Shown here: one piece after another, positions 19,646 to 28,741 of the stretch
How positions within the stretch are numbered: the first letter of the stretch is position 1
Layout of the letters: every line of letters starts with the position of its first letter
Source of the DNA: Bacillota bacterium
Lineage (GTDB): Bacteria > Bacillota > Clostridia > Christensenellales > UBA1431
Direction of reading: 5' to 3'
Assembly: GCA_049324235.1 (NCBI GenBank)
Contig: JBMOLJ010000062.1
Coordinates: 3,663-67,662 of the forward strand
Length of the DNA stretch: 64,000 nt
Program-made: the position numbers and the translations under genes
Notes under the pieces: generated by a model
What the model was told of the DNA's origin: nothing
Databases searched by the model: none
Seen by the model: the letters and a program-made list of their open reading frames with translations, nothing else

Positions 19646-20264
19646 CGATATCCCTCAGCATATCGTCGATTTTATTTATGAGCATATCAAAGGACGACGC
19701 AGACAATACAATAAGTATCATGCCGCGCACCTGGCTCATGGTCAGGAAAAATGAAGTGTAGAGCACCAGTACGTGCGAATCCGGCGGTATTATCCTTCTT
19801 TCGTCGAGCGAATCGATGGAGAAGTCCATATCAAACGCCGTGTATTCCAGCCGCACATCTAATAAGTTCCCAAATTCCCCTACGATGGCATTGAGGATTA
19901 CATTGCATATTTCCTTTATAACGTCCGCGTCTTCGTTTGAAAGGCTTTCTTCAAAGCCGTAGGCCGGGTCATTCCCAAGGCACGCGTTTGCCAGGATGTT
20001 CGCTTTTTCCTGGGGGAAGATGACAAGTGCATTCCCATTAAACTTTTTCCCAAAGGTAACCAAAGTCATGACTGACTTGTCGGTACCCAACAGATCTTCC
20101 TTCTTTAAACTCGCGGCATTTAACTGAGCGCCTTGTTTCAATTCCACTACGGGTACGGAAAGAATGATCTTCTGGTTCACCATTTCTGAAAGCAGGCTTG
20201 CCGAAAGCCCCATATTCACGTTTAATATTTCAGCCAGCGCATCTTTTTGCATCGGGGTGAGCAT
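19638..20264 (-). CDS. CheC-like phosphatase family protein
   Basis: Two D-x3-E-x2-N motifs (DALAEILN, DVIKEICN). The ATG has RBS GGAGGG at 8 nt and overlaps the end of the REC gene. Confidence 0.75.
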   Translation of the reverse strand: MLTPMQKDALAEILNVNMGLSASLLSEMVNQKIILSVPVVELKQGAQLNAASLKKEDLLGTDKSVMTLVTFGKKFNGNALVIFPQEKANILANACLGNDPAYGFEESLSNEDADVIKEICNVILNAIVGEFGNLLDVRLEYTAFDMDFSIDSLDERRIIPPDSHVLVLYTSFFLTMSQVRGMILIVLSASSFDMLINKIDDMLRDIDV

Positions 20265-20628
20265 TGGTTTTTCCCTCCAGAATATTAATGAGAACCTGTC
20301 CGTTTTCATCGTTAAGGGGCTTGTTGATAAACGCAAGCACGCCCATCTGCGCCATTTCTTCCTTTACCGCCTTTTGAATGTCCGAGGACACCACAATGAT
20401 CCTGCTGCCCCTGTCAGCCTCGCGTATCATGCTTATCATAGTCTCACCGCCAATCCCGGGCATCAGCAGGTCGGATATTACAAAGTCGGGTTTATGCTCC
20501 AGATACATTTCATAGCCCTCTTCACCGCTTGACGCCATCAGGCATTCAATGTCAGGACATCTGTCCGTGATAAATTTCCTGGCAAACTGCCGGGCAAATC
20601 CCGAATCGTCAACAATCAGGACCCTCAT
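20230..20628 (-). CDS. Single-domain CheY-like response regulator
   Basis: MRVLIVDDS...DFVISDLLMPG...FINKP carries the REC signature with the phospho-acceptor Asp. Confidence 0.9.
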   Translation of the reverse strand: MRVLIVDDSGFARQFARKFITDRCPDIECLMASSGEEGYEMYLEHKPDFVISDLLMPGIGGETMISMIREADRGSRIIVVSSDIQKAVKEEMAQMGVLAFINKPLNDENGQVLINILEGKTNAHPDAKRCAG

Positions 20629-20776
20629 ACGTATTTCCCCTTTTTAAAATGATAGTATATTCTCATGTAACCAAAAATGCCGAGCCTGAATCTTCATTTT
20701 ACAATAAATTCTAACTACCTGGCCGTATAAAAAAGACACCTCAATTTCTCAGGGTGCATTTCATTTTTTATAAGCG

Positions 20777-21475
20777 CTATCCCAAATTTATTTCGTTTTT
20801 GTCGCTCTGGGTGTACAGGTTGACGAACAACTGCCCGCCGCTTTCGACCTCGGCATAGAATACGTCTCCCGGCTCGCATTTGAAGCTCTTAGTCAGCTGT
20901 TCCACAAGCCATTTTTCAGTATAACCTGCGGCTTCGAGCATGTCGGGATATACCGCTCCGTCCATAATTACGGGAAATGTGAAACCCGCTTCTGCTACAG
21001 GCAGGTTCATGTCCTTCACCGTAACGGGCCTTGCGCTGTTTTTCGGGATAACCGATATGCTGCCTCCGAGTTCGAGCACGGCAAAGTTTACGTCCGACAC
21101 TTTCGAGTACCCCTGCGCCCTTAAAAGCGACAGGAGCGAATAGATGCTCATGTGGTTTTTGCGCAATTCCTGCTTATTGATAATACCGTTTGACACCAGT
21201 ATGGAGGGTTTATAATCCGCCCTGTAAAACTTCTTTTTAAGAGACATCCTGCCGATGATGATAATGCTTATGATCAGGATGATGGCCCCGATTGCTGTTT
21301 TGAATATATCCTTGCTAACCAGCGGCTGCGCTATGACGTTGGATACAATCATCAGTATACCTATATCAAAAGCCGAGAACTGAAGCAACGACTTTTTCCC
21401 CAGAATAAGGGATACAATCCATATGCCCAGGACCATGATGACGCAGCGGACGATGTAAACCAGCAAAGACTCCAT
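20777..21475 (-). CDS. DUF421 (YetF-like) membrane protein
   Basis: The N-terminal TM region plus LGKKSLLQFSAFD is typical of DUF421. It is paired with DUF4363, as is common in spore formers. Confidence 0.8.
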   Translation of the reverse strand: MESLLVYIVRCVIMVLGIWIVSLILGKKSLLQFSAFDIGILMIVSNVIAQPLVSKDIFKTAIGAIILIISIIIIGRMSLKKKFYRADYKPSILVSNGIINKQELRKNHMSIYSLLSLLRAQGYSKVSDVNFAVLELGGSISVIPKNSARPVTVKDMNLPVAEAGFTFPVIMDGAVYPDMLEAAGYTEKWLVEQLTKSFKCEPGDVFYAEVESGGQLFVNLYTQSDKNEINLG

Positions 21476-21492
21476 GCATTTTGAACTCCCTT

Positions 21493-21870
21493 TCAAGGTT
21501 TTGGCGCGACAGAGGTTATGTTTTCAAACAGGTAGATCGACGCCGCCCCTTCCTTCACAACCTCCTCCATATCCCGCTGCTGCACGGCAAGGTTAAACCT
21601 GAGCAGATATATATTGAGGAAAGAGTAATCGGACTCGCCATATTTCACCGCGACGACGGAATTGCCGCTGTCCCACAGCTTTTGGACCCTTTCCGCTTCC
21701 TTGCCGGCATTTTCCCAGTCGGCTGCCCGGGCATAGCGCATCGTTTTTTCAATCGATTCCCTGAAGCTGTCGTCCCTCCAGTTGAACGATACCTGCTGCC
21801 AGACAAAGATGATAAAAAATATGGTGACAAACAATCCGCCAAGCCAGAATAAGACCGTTCTCTCTTTCAT
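21493..21870 (-). CDS. DUF4363 family protein
   Basis: Single N-terminal TM segment followed by a helical domain. The start MKERT has RBS GGAGA, and the gene is upstream partner of DUF421. Confidence 0.72.
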   Translation of the reverse strand: MKERTVLFWLGGLFVTIFFIIFVWQQVSFNWRDDSFRESIEKTMRYARAADWENAGKEAERVQKLWDSGNSVVAVKYGESDYSFLNIYLLRFNLAVQQRDMEEVVKEGAASIYLFENITSVAPKP

Positions 21871-22184
21871 TTTATCTCCATTTCTACTGCGGGGTAAATG
21901 AATTACCCCTTGCAGAAATGGGATAAAATTCATTCCCTTGCGCGTGCAATCTATTTTTTGCATGCGCAAAAAATATGCACATGCGCTAAAGTCTTTCAAG
22001 AAATCTTCGATTTCCTTTCAAGACTTGGTCTCCATATCCTATTTTTGCTATTGAAGTAGTTTCCCCAGGAAGCTGGAATTATACAAAGCAGGCAGATCCC
22101 TGCCGAAAAAACGCATGCAAAAAAGTCCGGCGGCTTAAAATGCCGTACGGACTTTGTTAAAATGGTTTACCTGTGTTTATCCCT

Positions 22185-22820
22185 TCATTTCCCTGCAACC
22201 GGATGCCTGAGCACCGTTTTCATATTTTCCGGTTTGCCCTTTCTTGGGTCGGACAGGTAGATTTCGTGATGCTTCCCTCCCGCGCCTACCATGTCCCGCA
22301 GCCCCTCCTGTTCCATGAACGCTGTCATTTTGTCCATCGACCGGGGTTCTTCAGCGTACGGCCCCATATGCATGATCTGCACGCACAGGCCTTCTTCAAA
22401 ATCGCCAAAACACGCATTATCGGGGTTTAGCTCCGGCTTTTTCTTTTGCAGCTCGCTGCATGCCCATTGAAAAACCCCTGCGTCAACGAATTCGGGCTGG
22501 CGGATCATAACGGTCCATTTCCAGTTTTCCCTCTTTTCAAAGGAAAAACCGCCTTCGTCGATCCACCACAAGCCCTCGAGCGGCGGAACAACATATTCAA
22601 AATACCCTTCGGGCTGGTTTCCCTTCATCTTGCTCATCTTGACCGTGTACGTCAGGCCGTAGAGCAGCTCAACTGCCTGCTGAAAATGGCCGCCGTTCGG
22701 ATCGCCGCTGCCGTCAGCCATGATGAACTGCATGGGCGGGACTTCAATCAAAACCGGCTTATCCTTGGGCAAATAAAGGTCCTTATACTCTTTTTTGTAA
22801 TCAAACGCTTTTGCGGACAT
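22185..22820 (-). CDS. GyrI-like small-molecule-binding domain protein
   Basis: DYKKEYKDLYLPKDKPVLIEVPPMQFI...PLEGLWW...MIRQPEFV is the typical GyrI-like (SOUL/AraC effector) pattern. RBS GGGGGG lies upstream. Confidence 0.75.
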   Translation of the reverse strand: MSAKAFDYKKEYKDLYLPKDKPVLIEVPPMQFIMADGSGDPNGGHFQQAVELLYGLTYTVKMSKMKGNQPEGYFEYVVPPLEGLWWIDEGGFSFEKRENWKWTVMIRQPEFVDAGVFQWACSELQKKKPELNPDNACFGDFEEGLCVQIMHMGPYAEEPRSMDKMTAFMEQEGLRDMVGAGGKHHEIYLSDPRKGKPENMKTVLRHPVAGK

Positions 22821-22842
22821 GCTTATCCCCCCTGTCGCGTAT

Positions 22843-23247
22843 TCAACCGCAGGATTCCGGCTTGCTCCTGATCTCCAGGAGCCTTTCGCGGCTTGCGTAG
22901 GGCCGGACATAGAGTTCGTAATCCTCTTTGGAGACCTCGTTATTCCCTAAATAATCATCGAGAAATCCAGTCCTGGTTTTGAGCGCGTCGCATTCGAAAT
23001 CCGTGCAGTACGCGCAGTTCTCAAAGCCTTTTTCGATCACGCAGGGCCTTACGGGGCAGCCCGAGTCAGCATGCCGGCCCTTATTATGGCAGCCGGCGCA
23101 CTCGACTTTATCAGGCGGTATTTCAAATCCGAACAGCCTTTTCCATCCCTGGCTCACTTTGATCTTGTCCTCTTCGCCCTTGATGTTTTCCGTATATGCC
23201 GGGCAGATATCGCACCTGTATCCGCATTTTGAGAGTATTTCCTTCAT
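22843..23247 (-). CDS. DUF3795 Cys-rich protein
   Basis: CGYRCDICPAY...ECAGCH...CPVRPC...CAYCTDFEC cysteine pattern. Confidence 0.75.
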   Translation of the reverse strand: MKEILSKCGYRCDICPAYTENIKGEEDKIKVSQGWKRLFGFEIPPDKVECAGCHNKGRHADSGCPVRPCVIEKGFENCAYCTDFECDALKTRTGFLDDYLGNNEVSKEDYELYVRPYASRERLLEIRSKPESCG

Positions 23248-23292
23248 GCCTTCTTTATCCTCCCTTTCAACGTTTGACAGTATCGCATATCC

Positions 23293-23583
23293 TCATTCTG
23301 TGCCGCATGCCTTTTTCAGGTTGCCTATTCGTTCGTTGATCGAGTTGATGTGCTCTTCGTCGGTCCAGGAAGGGTCCTTCATCTCATACCATATTTTACA
23401 GGGCATTTCGCCGCATTCCCCGCAGTTTGCATACGCCTTGCCGTCGCAGCACGCATACATCGGACATGCCTCCCCGCCGATATGCTCGGTCCAGAACGGC
23501 CTCCCGCTGACCTCCTCGCAGCCGGGGCACTCCTTTTGGTAAGTCGGGCAACCGTCACAGAAGCACCCGCATTTATTCATCAT
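23293..23583 (-). CDS. DUF3795 Cys-rich protein (second copy)
   Basis: CGCFCDGCPTY...CPGCEE...CPMYACC...CGECGEMPC. The start MMNK has RBS GGGAGG. Confidence 0.7.
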   Translation of the reverse strand: MMNKCGCFCDGCPTYQKECPGCEEVSGRPFWTEHIGGEACPMYACCDGKAYANCGECGEMPCKIWYEMKDPSWTDEEHINSINERIGNLKKACGTE

Positions 23584-23646
23584 TATGAACGCCTCCCATA
23601 TGCAAGTTATACCCCATACTACCATACAAAACATGACATCTATGTG

Positions 23647-24585
23647 TCATATATCGTTCGTTTGGTTATCGTATAATTTGCAGATATTTTCAGCCATGCT
23701 TTGGATGCCACGGCGCAATGCGTCAGGCTCCAGCACCTCGACTTTATCTCCGAAGCCTAAAAGGAACCCATACAGCCATCCGCCGGGCTGCATGTGAAAA
23801 GTCACCTTCAGCCTGCCGTCCTCCGTGGGCTCGCAGGGGTTATCCATGCCAAAAATATCGGCAAGCGCATATTCCATGGACCGGTCGAACGCCGCCACGA
23901 TTGCTACAATCCCTGTTTCCGACGCATCGTCCCACTCTACCCTGTCCAATGTAAATTCACGTTTTGCGAAGACGGTATCCGTGGTTTTCACGCTGCGCAT
24001 ACGCCTGAGCTTGAACAGCCTGAAATCCTCCCGAAGGAGGCAATACGCATAAAGGTACCAGTTCGAATCCTTGAAGACGATCACGCAGGGCTCGACCGTC
24101 CTCTCGGTGCATTTTTCATAGCTGCAATAGGTGAAAGCAATGCGCCTGCGCTCCCTGATGGCTTTTTTTATCTCCTGTATCCTCCTGCCCAGCTGGTCGT
24201 CTTTATTCCACGGAGACAGATCAATCAGGATTTCGTTTCCGGTCGGCAGATATTCGGTTTTTCCGGCGATACCGGATATTTTATCAATCAGGAGCCTCGT
24301 CTTTTCATCCCGGGAAATGCTGTGCAGCCCTTTTAAAGCCGTGACGATGTCCACGACCTCGCCGCCGGTCAGGATGCTATTATCCAGCCTGAACCCTTCA
24401 ACGATCCCTATCCCCCCGTCCGCGCCCTGATAGGTGGTAACCGGAATCCCTGCCTGCGCAATCGCGTCGATGTCCCTGTAAATGGTGCGTACCGACACTT
24501 CAAGCTTTTGTGCCAGGTCATTTGCCTTTGCTTTTTCATGGTTCATAAGATATGTGATGATGGACAGCATTCTTTCCAGCTTCAT
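23647..24585 (-). CDS. HTH + WYL domain transcriptional regulator (YafY family)
   Basis: MKLERMLSIITYLMNHEKAKANDLAQKLEVSVRTIYRDIDAI (DeoR-type HTH) is followed by a WYL-like core (VFKDSNWYLYAYC). Confidence 0.85.
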   Translation of the reverse strand: MKLERMLSIITYLMNHEKAKANDLAQKLEVSVRTIYRDIDAIAQAGIPVTTYQGADGGIGIVEGFRLDNSILTGGEVVDIVTALKGLHSISRDEKTRLLIDKISGIAGKTEYLPTGNEILIDLSPWNKDDQLGRRIQEIKKAIRERRRIAFTYCSYEKCTERTVEPCVIVFKDSNWYLYAYCLLREDFRLFKLRRMRSVKTTDTVFAKREFTLDRVEWDDASETGIVAIVAAFDRSMEYALADIFGMDNPCEPTEDGRLKVTFHMQPGGWLYGFLLGFGDKVEVLEPDALRRGIQSMAENICKLYDNQTNDI

Positions 24586-24696
24586 CGGGTTTCCGCCCTT
24601 CTGTGTCTCTATTGCACTATCATAACGCAAAAACCTGACAATTGCATGTCAGGTTTTTAGGATTCGCCGGATTTTGTATCGTTGATTCTGTCATAC

Positions 24697-25836
24697 CTAG
24701 CCTGTTTCAGGACGCCTTCGCATGCTTCTTTTATGCGACAACACCGGTTTGTTGCGCTTTATGCCATTTCTTATCAGGCTTATGATGAGCAGTAATACAG
24801 GTATGGCTACCGCAAAAACAGCGACGGCGTACACCCAGGTATCCATCAGGAACTCGCTGATAGCAAGACTGGACGTAAAAATATAATTGCTCATCAGAAA
24901 AGTTGCAAGCGTAACGGCTATTATAAACGGACTGGTTTTTTTCGTGTTGAAAACTTTAGCAAGGATCATTATGGAGGCATAAAGCAGCACGATTACCTTT
25001 ATCAATACGGATAACGAAATGGCAGAATCCGGTATTATTTCCAGTTTCACCGGATAGCCAATGAAAAAAGACTGATGTATTGGAAAAATGTATCTGCCCA
25101 GCATTGATCCGCCAAGAACCATAAGGGCTCTGAGCATCTGCAAAGTAATCACACCGGTCACTATCCCCGTACCCGCATACAGCGGTTTTTGTATTGCGTT
25201 CACGTCTGCGGTCAGCGGGAAAAGCATCAGAAAAGCAACCATACCCCCGTAGTTTAGGATCAAAGGGTAAAATGCATCCTTTACTATAGGCAATGCATCG
25301 ATGGGAATGATGGGATTAATGTTATCCATTTTCATTGCGCCGGCATCAAAAATATTTACAAACACAAATGCTAAAAGTATGATCCAGACAAAAATCTCGG
25401 CTGTACGGCCTATCACTCTTATCCCCTTAAAAAGCGCGTATATGGTAATAATGCCCAAAACGGCTATTACAAACCATCTCGGACTATATATATAATTACT
25501 CAGAAGAATAAAACCGTCGTAGTTATACACTGTCAAAGCGGCATCCGCCATTAAAAACAAGGCATACAGTATGGATAAGACGCTCCCTGCAAATCTGCCG
25601 AAACAGTTGTTGCATATGGTTGTAAGAGGCGTTTTCCCATTTAGTTTATAAATCTGGAGATAGCTCGAAAGCAGCAAAAACCCGCCGATACCCGCCAGGA
25701 TATAGGCTATCCAGTTATGCTGCGGATCGTTCCGCGTGATCAAAAGAATCATTGAATCACCAAAAACAAACACCATCAGAAGCATGCTCAGCTGGCGGGG
25801 GTTTAAACGTGATGAATTTGCCTGATTATCCGCCAT
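24697..25836 (-). CDS. Spore germination receptor B subunit (GerAB/APC-type permease)
   Basis: A 10-TM permease-like protein and the last gene of the gerA-C-B operon. Confidence 0.85.
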   Translation of the reverse strand: MADNQANSSRLNPRQLSMLLMVFVFGDSMILLITRNDPQHNWIAYILAGIGGFLLLSSYLQIYKLNGKTPLTTICNNCFGRFAGSVLSILYALFLMADAALTVYNYDGFILLSNYIYSPRWFVIAVLGIITIYALFKGIRVIGRTAEIFVWIILLAFVFVNIFDAGAMKMDNINPIIPIDALPIVKDAFYPLILNYGGMVAFLMLFPLTADVNAIQKPLYAGTGIVTGVITLQMLRALMVLGGSMLGRYIFPIHQSFFIGYPVKLEIIPDSAISLSVLIKVIVLLYASIMILAKVFNTKKTSPFIIAVTLATFLMSNYIFTSSLAISEFLMDTWVYAVAVFAVAIPVLLLIISLIRNGIKRNKPVLSHKRSMRRRPETG

Positions 25837-27027
25837 TTATTTAATATGAATCCTTTCGTAGGCCAGATTGGTACTGAATTCTGTTATTCTGGCGTTTACT
25901 TCCACTTCAACCGGGAGTGTTTCAAAGATGGTATCCCAGTTGTCCTTGATCTTGTCCCAGTAGGCAGGGTCGGTCTGATAAATCTTGTGCCCGAATCCGA
26001 AAATATCGCTTTTGTATTCATGCTGTACCTTCGCTATCACCTCTTCCAGCCTCTTTTTTATACTGGCGCCTGCAGCGTCGACCATTGTTTTTACAGTGGA
26101 ACCGTTTACGGGGAATTCGCCGTTTATGGTATTTATACCGCAACCACCCGTAGTATCAACCTTAATGTGAATAGAAGGTTTCCCGTCTTTAATAACAGGC
26201 TCGATGCTTGTGTCGTGTCCCAGAAACTCGTAGTTGAAATACTTGCCTGTTATAGGGTTGATGAGATCCCAAACCACTTCGGTCGGGTTATTTTGAATTA
26301 TGTTGAGCAGAACGGTTTCGTCCGGATCAAGCCATCCAACCAGTTTATCGCCTTTAAATACCGCTGCTCCCCGCACATCCATTTGCATCAGGTTGCTTTG
26401 GTCGCTGCCCTCCCTGAACTGGAAAACGCCGGCTGTTGCTTCCTCCCCTTCCGTATTGATTTTTGTCAGCAGATCATAAACGCTAATCTCATATGACTGC
26501 GACGTAGCTTTGGTGTTTCTGACGGTTTCGGCAATATGCTTTGCCGGTATCTTCTCTGCTTCACTGTCCGTCCAGAGTACGGTGCTTGCTCTGACGCCTT
26601 TGCTGATTACCACCAACTGGTTGACATCGTATTCATGATCCCTGTCGATGAAATCCATAAAATCCGCTATTCCCTGTTTTGCCACTTCTTCACTTATTAC
26701 GAGCAGAAGCACATGATTGAAATAGCCACTTTTGGGAAGAACCAAACTAAAGAGGTTTCGGACATCGTACATCATTGAATGTGAGGCGAGGTATATGTTT
26801 AAAACCGCCTTCTCTTGAGTTGTGCCTTGTGCTTCAGTCATTCCCATTGCGGATGCCTTGACAAGCTGTACGGATACGTCGAGCAGGTCGCCGGACATGT
26901 CAACTCCCACCGCGGAAACGATTGCGAGTGATCTTAACGGCCGGTTGCTCCAGCAGCCGGTTAAAAAGACAATGAGCGAAAGGATAATTGCTGCGATTTT
27001 ACGGCGGACATTAAGCCGCTTTTTCAC
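25837..27027 (-). CDS. Spore germination receptor C subunit (Ger(x)C lipoprotein)
   Basis: Lipobox FLTGC. The length and sequence are typical of the GerAC family. Confidence 0.85.
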   Translation of the reverse strand: MKKRLNVRRKIAAIILSLIVFLTGCWSNRPLRSLAIVSAVGVDMSGDLLDVSVQLVKASAMGMTEAQGTTQEKAVLNIYLASHSMMYDVRNLFSLVLPKSGYFNHVLLLVISEEVAKQGIADFMDFIDRDHEYDVNQLVVISKGVRASTVLWTDSEAEKIPAKHIAETVRNTKATSQSYEISVYDLLTKINTEGEEATAGVFQFREGSDQSNLMQMDVRGAAVFKGDKLVGWLDPDETVLLNIIQNNPTEVVWDLINPITGKYFNYEFLGHDTSIEPVIKDGKPSIHIKVDTTGGCGINTINGEFPVNGSTVKTMVDAAGASIKKRLEEVIAKVQHEYKSDIFGFGHKIYQTDPAYWDKIKDNWDTIFETLPVEVEVNARITEFSTNLAYERIHIK

Positions 27028-28565
27028 GATTCATTCCCCCTTCTCGGGATATCCTGCGCAATTCCTTTTGGCCTGTTTTTCATATTCTTCAGGGCGGTTC
27101 TAATAAACGTATCCTTCATGCCCGAAGCGTCCCATGGGGACAGGGGGGACATGTACGGGACCGAGAATGATGTAAGCGAGCACATATGGAAAAGCAACAG
27201 GGCGGAAAACATGATGATTCCGCAAAGCCCGAAGACAGTCGCCGCAAATATATAGCCTAACCGCAGAATCGATACGGTATCCAGTAAGCCTGAATTTATA
27301 AAGCTGGTAATTGCCGTAAGGGCAATGACAATAACGACAAGGTTACTGACAAAGCCCGCTTTCACCGCGGCATCTCCCAGGATCAGTGCGCCGACGATGC
27401 TTACCGTCTGGCCGATGCCTCTGGGCATGCGCATACTCGCCTCTCGGATCATTTCGAAGGAAACGAGCATCAACAATACTTCCAGCATCGTATCCAGGGG
27501 TATTCTTTCCTGGCCGGCAGCGGCGGTGATCAAAAGGTCATAAGGCATGACCTCATGGTGGAAATTCAAAAAGGCAATATAAAACGAAGGAAGCAGCATC
27601 GTGAGTAAAAATGAAAATACTCTGATCATTCTTAGGATTGTAGCAAAAAATGGCTTATTGAAATAATCCTCGCTGTTTTGTATGGTTTCGGAAAAAAGAA
27701 ACGGTACCGTAAGCGCCATCGGCGCTCCGTCACACAGTATTGCAACCCTGCCTTCCAGGATTTGGGCGGCAACGACATCCGGCCTTTCATGGCTCCCCGC
27801 CAAGGGGAAGACCGTATAAGGGTTATCCCCAATGAATTCACCCACAAAATTGATGTCCAGCACCGCGTCGATATTGATCTTTGCGATCCTTTGCTTGACT
27901 TCATCAACGATTTCTTTCTTAGCGACACTACCTAAATAACAAACAAACACTTTTGTGTTGGTGCGGTTTCCGAGTTTTATCTGCTCCGATTTTAAATCCG
28001 GGCTTTTTATGACTTTTGTGAGAAGGGACAGGTTTACCGAAGCGCTTTCAACGAACCCTTCTTTCGGGCCCCGTACGGTGCTTTCCAGAACCGGAGTTTG
28101 GATATCGCGTTCATTGAAGCCCTCTATCGATATGCCCAGGGCGATATCTTCCTTGTCAAGAAACAATATGACATGACTGTTGAACATCAATTCAACGGCG
28201 CTTTGCATGTCTGATATCTCAATAAGCTTGCACGGCAGAATCAATTTGTTTTTAAACTGTTCTATATCTATATCCTTATTTGCTTTTTGGTTCTCAAATT
28301 CCAGAATGGGTTTAAGGATACCCAGCTCCAGCCTGTCATAACTGATCAGATCTTCGATGAAAGTGATTAAAAGCTTTCTGCCCTTAACCGTAATTTGCCT
28401 TCTTATCAGATTGCTGCAGTTAAAAAAAGTATGTTCCAGCGAGGAAACAACTTTATCAATGGACTTCGGGATTTTCTCTGCAGGCTTTTTTTCGGGTTCC
28501 TGTCGTTTATTTGTTTTAAACAGGCTGCCCCAAAACCTGATTTTTCGTATGATATAGCCGAACAT
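27024..28565 (-). CDS. Spore germination receptor A subunit (GerA family)
   Basis: 513 aa with a soluble N-domain (ESTVRGPKEGFVES) and a C-terminal TM bundle. It is translationally coupled to gerC. Confidence 0.88.
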   Translation of the reverse strand: MFGYIIRKIRFWGSLFKTNKRQEPEKKPAEKIPKSIDKVVSSLEHTFFNCSNLIRRQITVKGRKLLITFIEDLISYDRLELGILKPILEFENQKANKDIDIEQFKNKLILPCKLIEISDMQSAVELMFNSHVILFLDKEDIALGISIEGFNERDIQTPVLESTVRGPKEGFVESASVNLSLLTKVIKSPDLKSEQIKLGNRTNTKVFVCYLGSVAKKEIVDEVKQRIAKINIDAVLDINFVGEFIGDNPYTVFPLAGSHERPDVVAAQILEGRVAILCDGAPMALTVPFLFSETIQNSEDYFNKPFFATILRMIRVFSFLLTMLLPSFYIAFLNFHHEVMPYDLLITAAAGQERIPLDTMLEVLLMLVSFEMIREASMRMPRGIGQTVSIVGALILGDAAVKAGFVSNLVVIVIALTAITSFINSGLLDTVSILRLGYIFAATVFGLCGIIMFSALLLFHMCSLTSFSVPYMSPLSPWDASGMKDTFIRTALKNMKNRPKGIAQDIPRRGNES

Positions 28566-28741
28566 ATCCTTACCCTTTAACGCAGAAGCGTATTCGTGTC
28601 TATTATCTGTAGAAAGGAATGCCGTTATGTTTTATTTTCCTGTTAATATTTACTTGTTAAGGCTTGTCGAATAAAGGGTTTTTCGTATTAATAGTGAATT
28701 ATTATTAAAAACCATAAATAAATCATTTGGGGTGAAATGCC

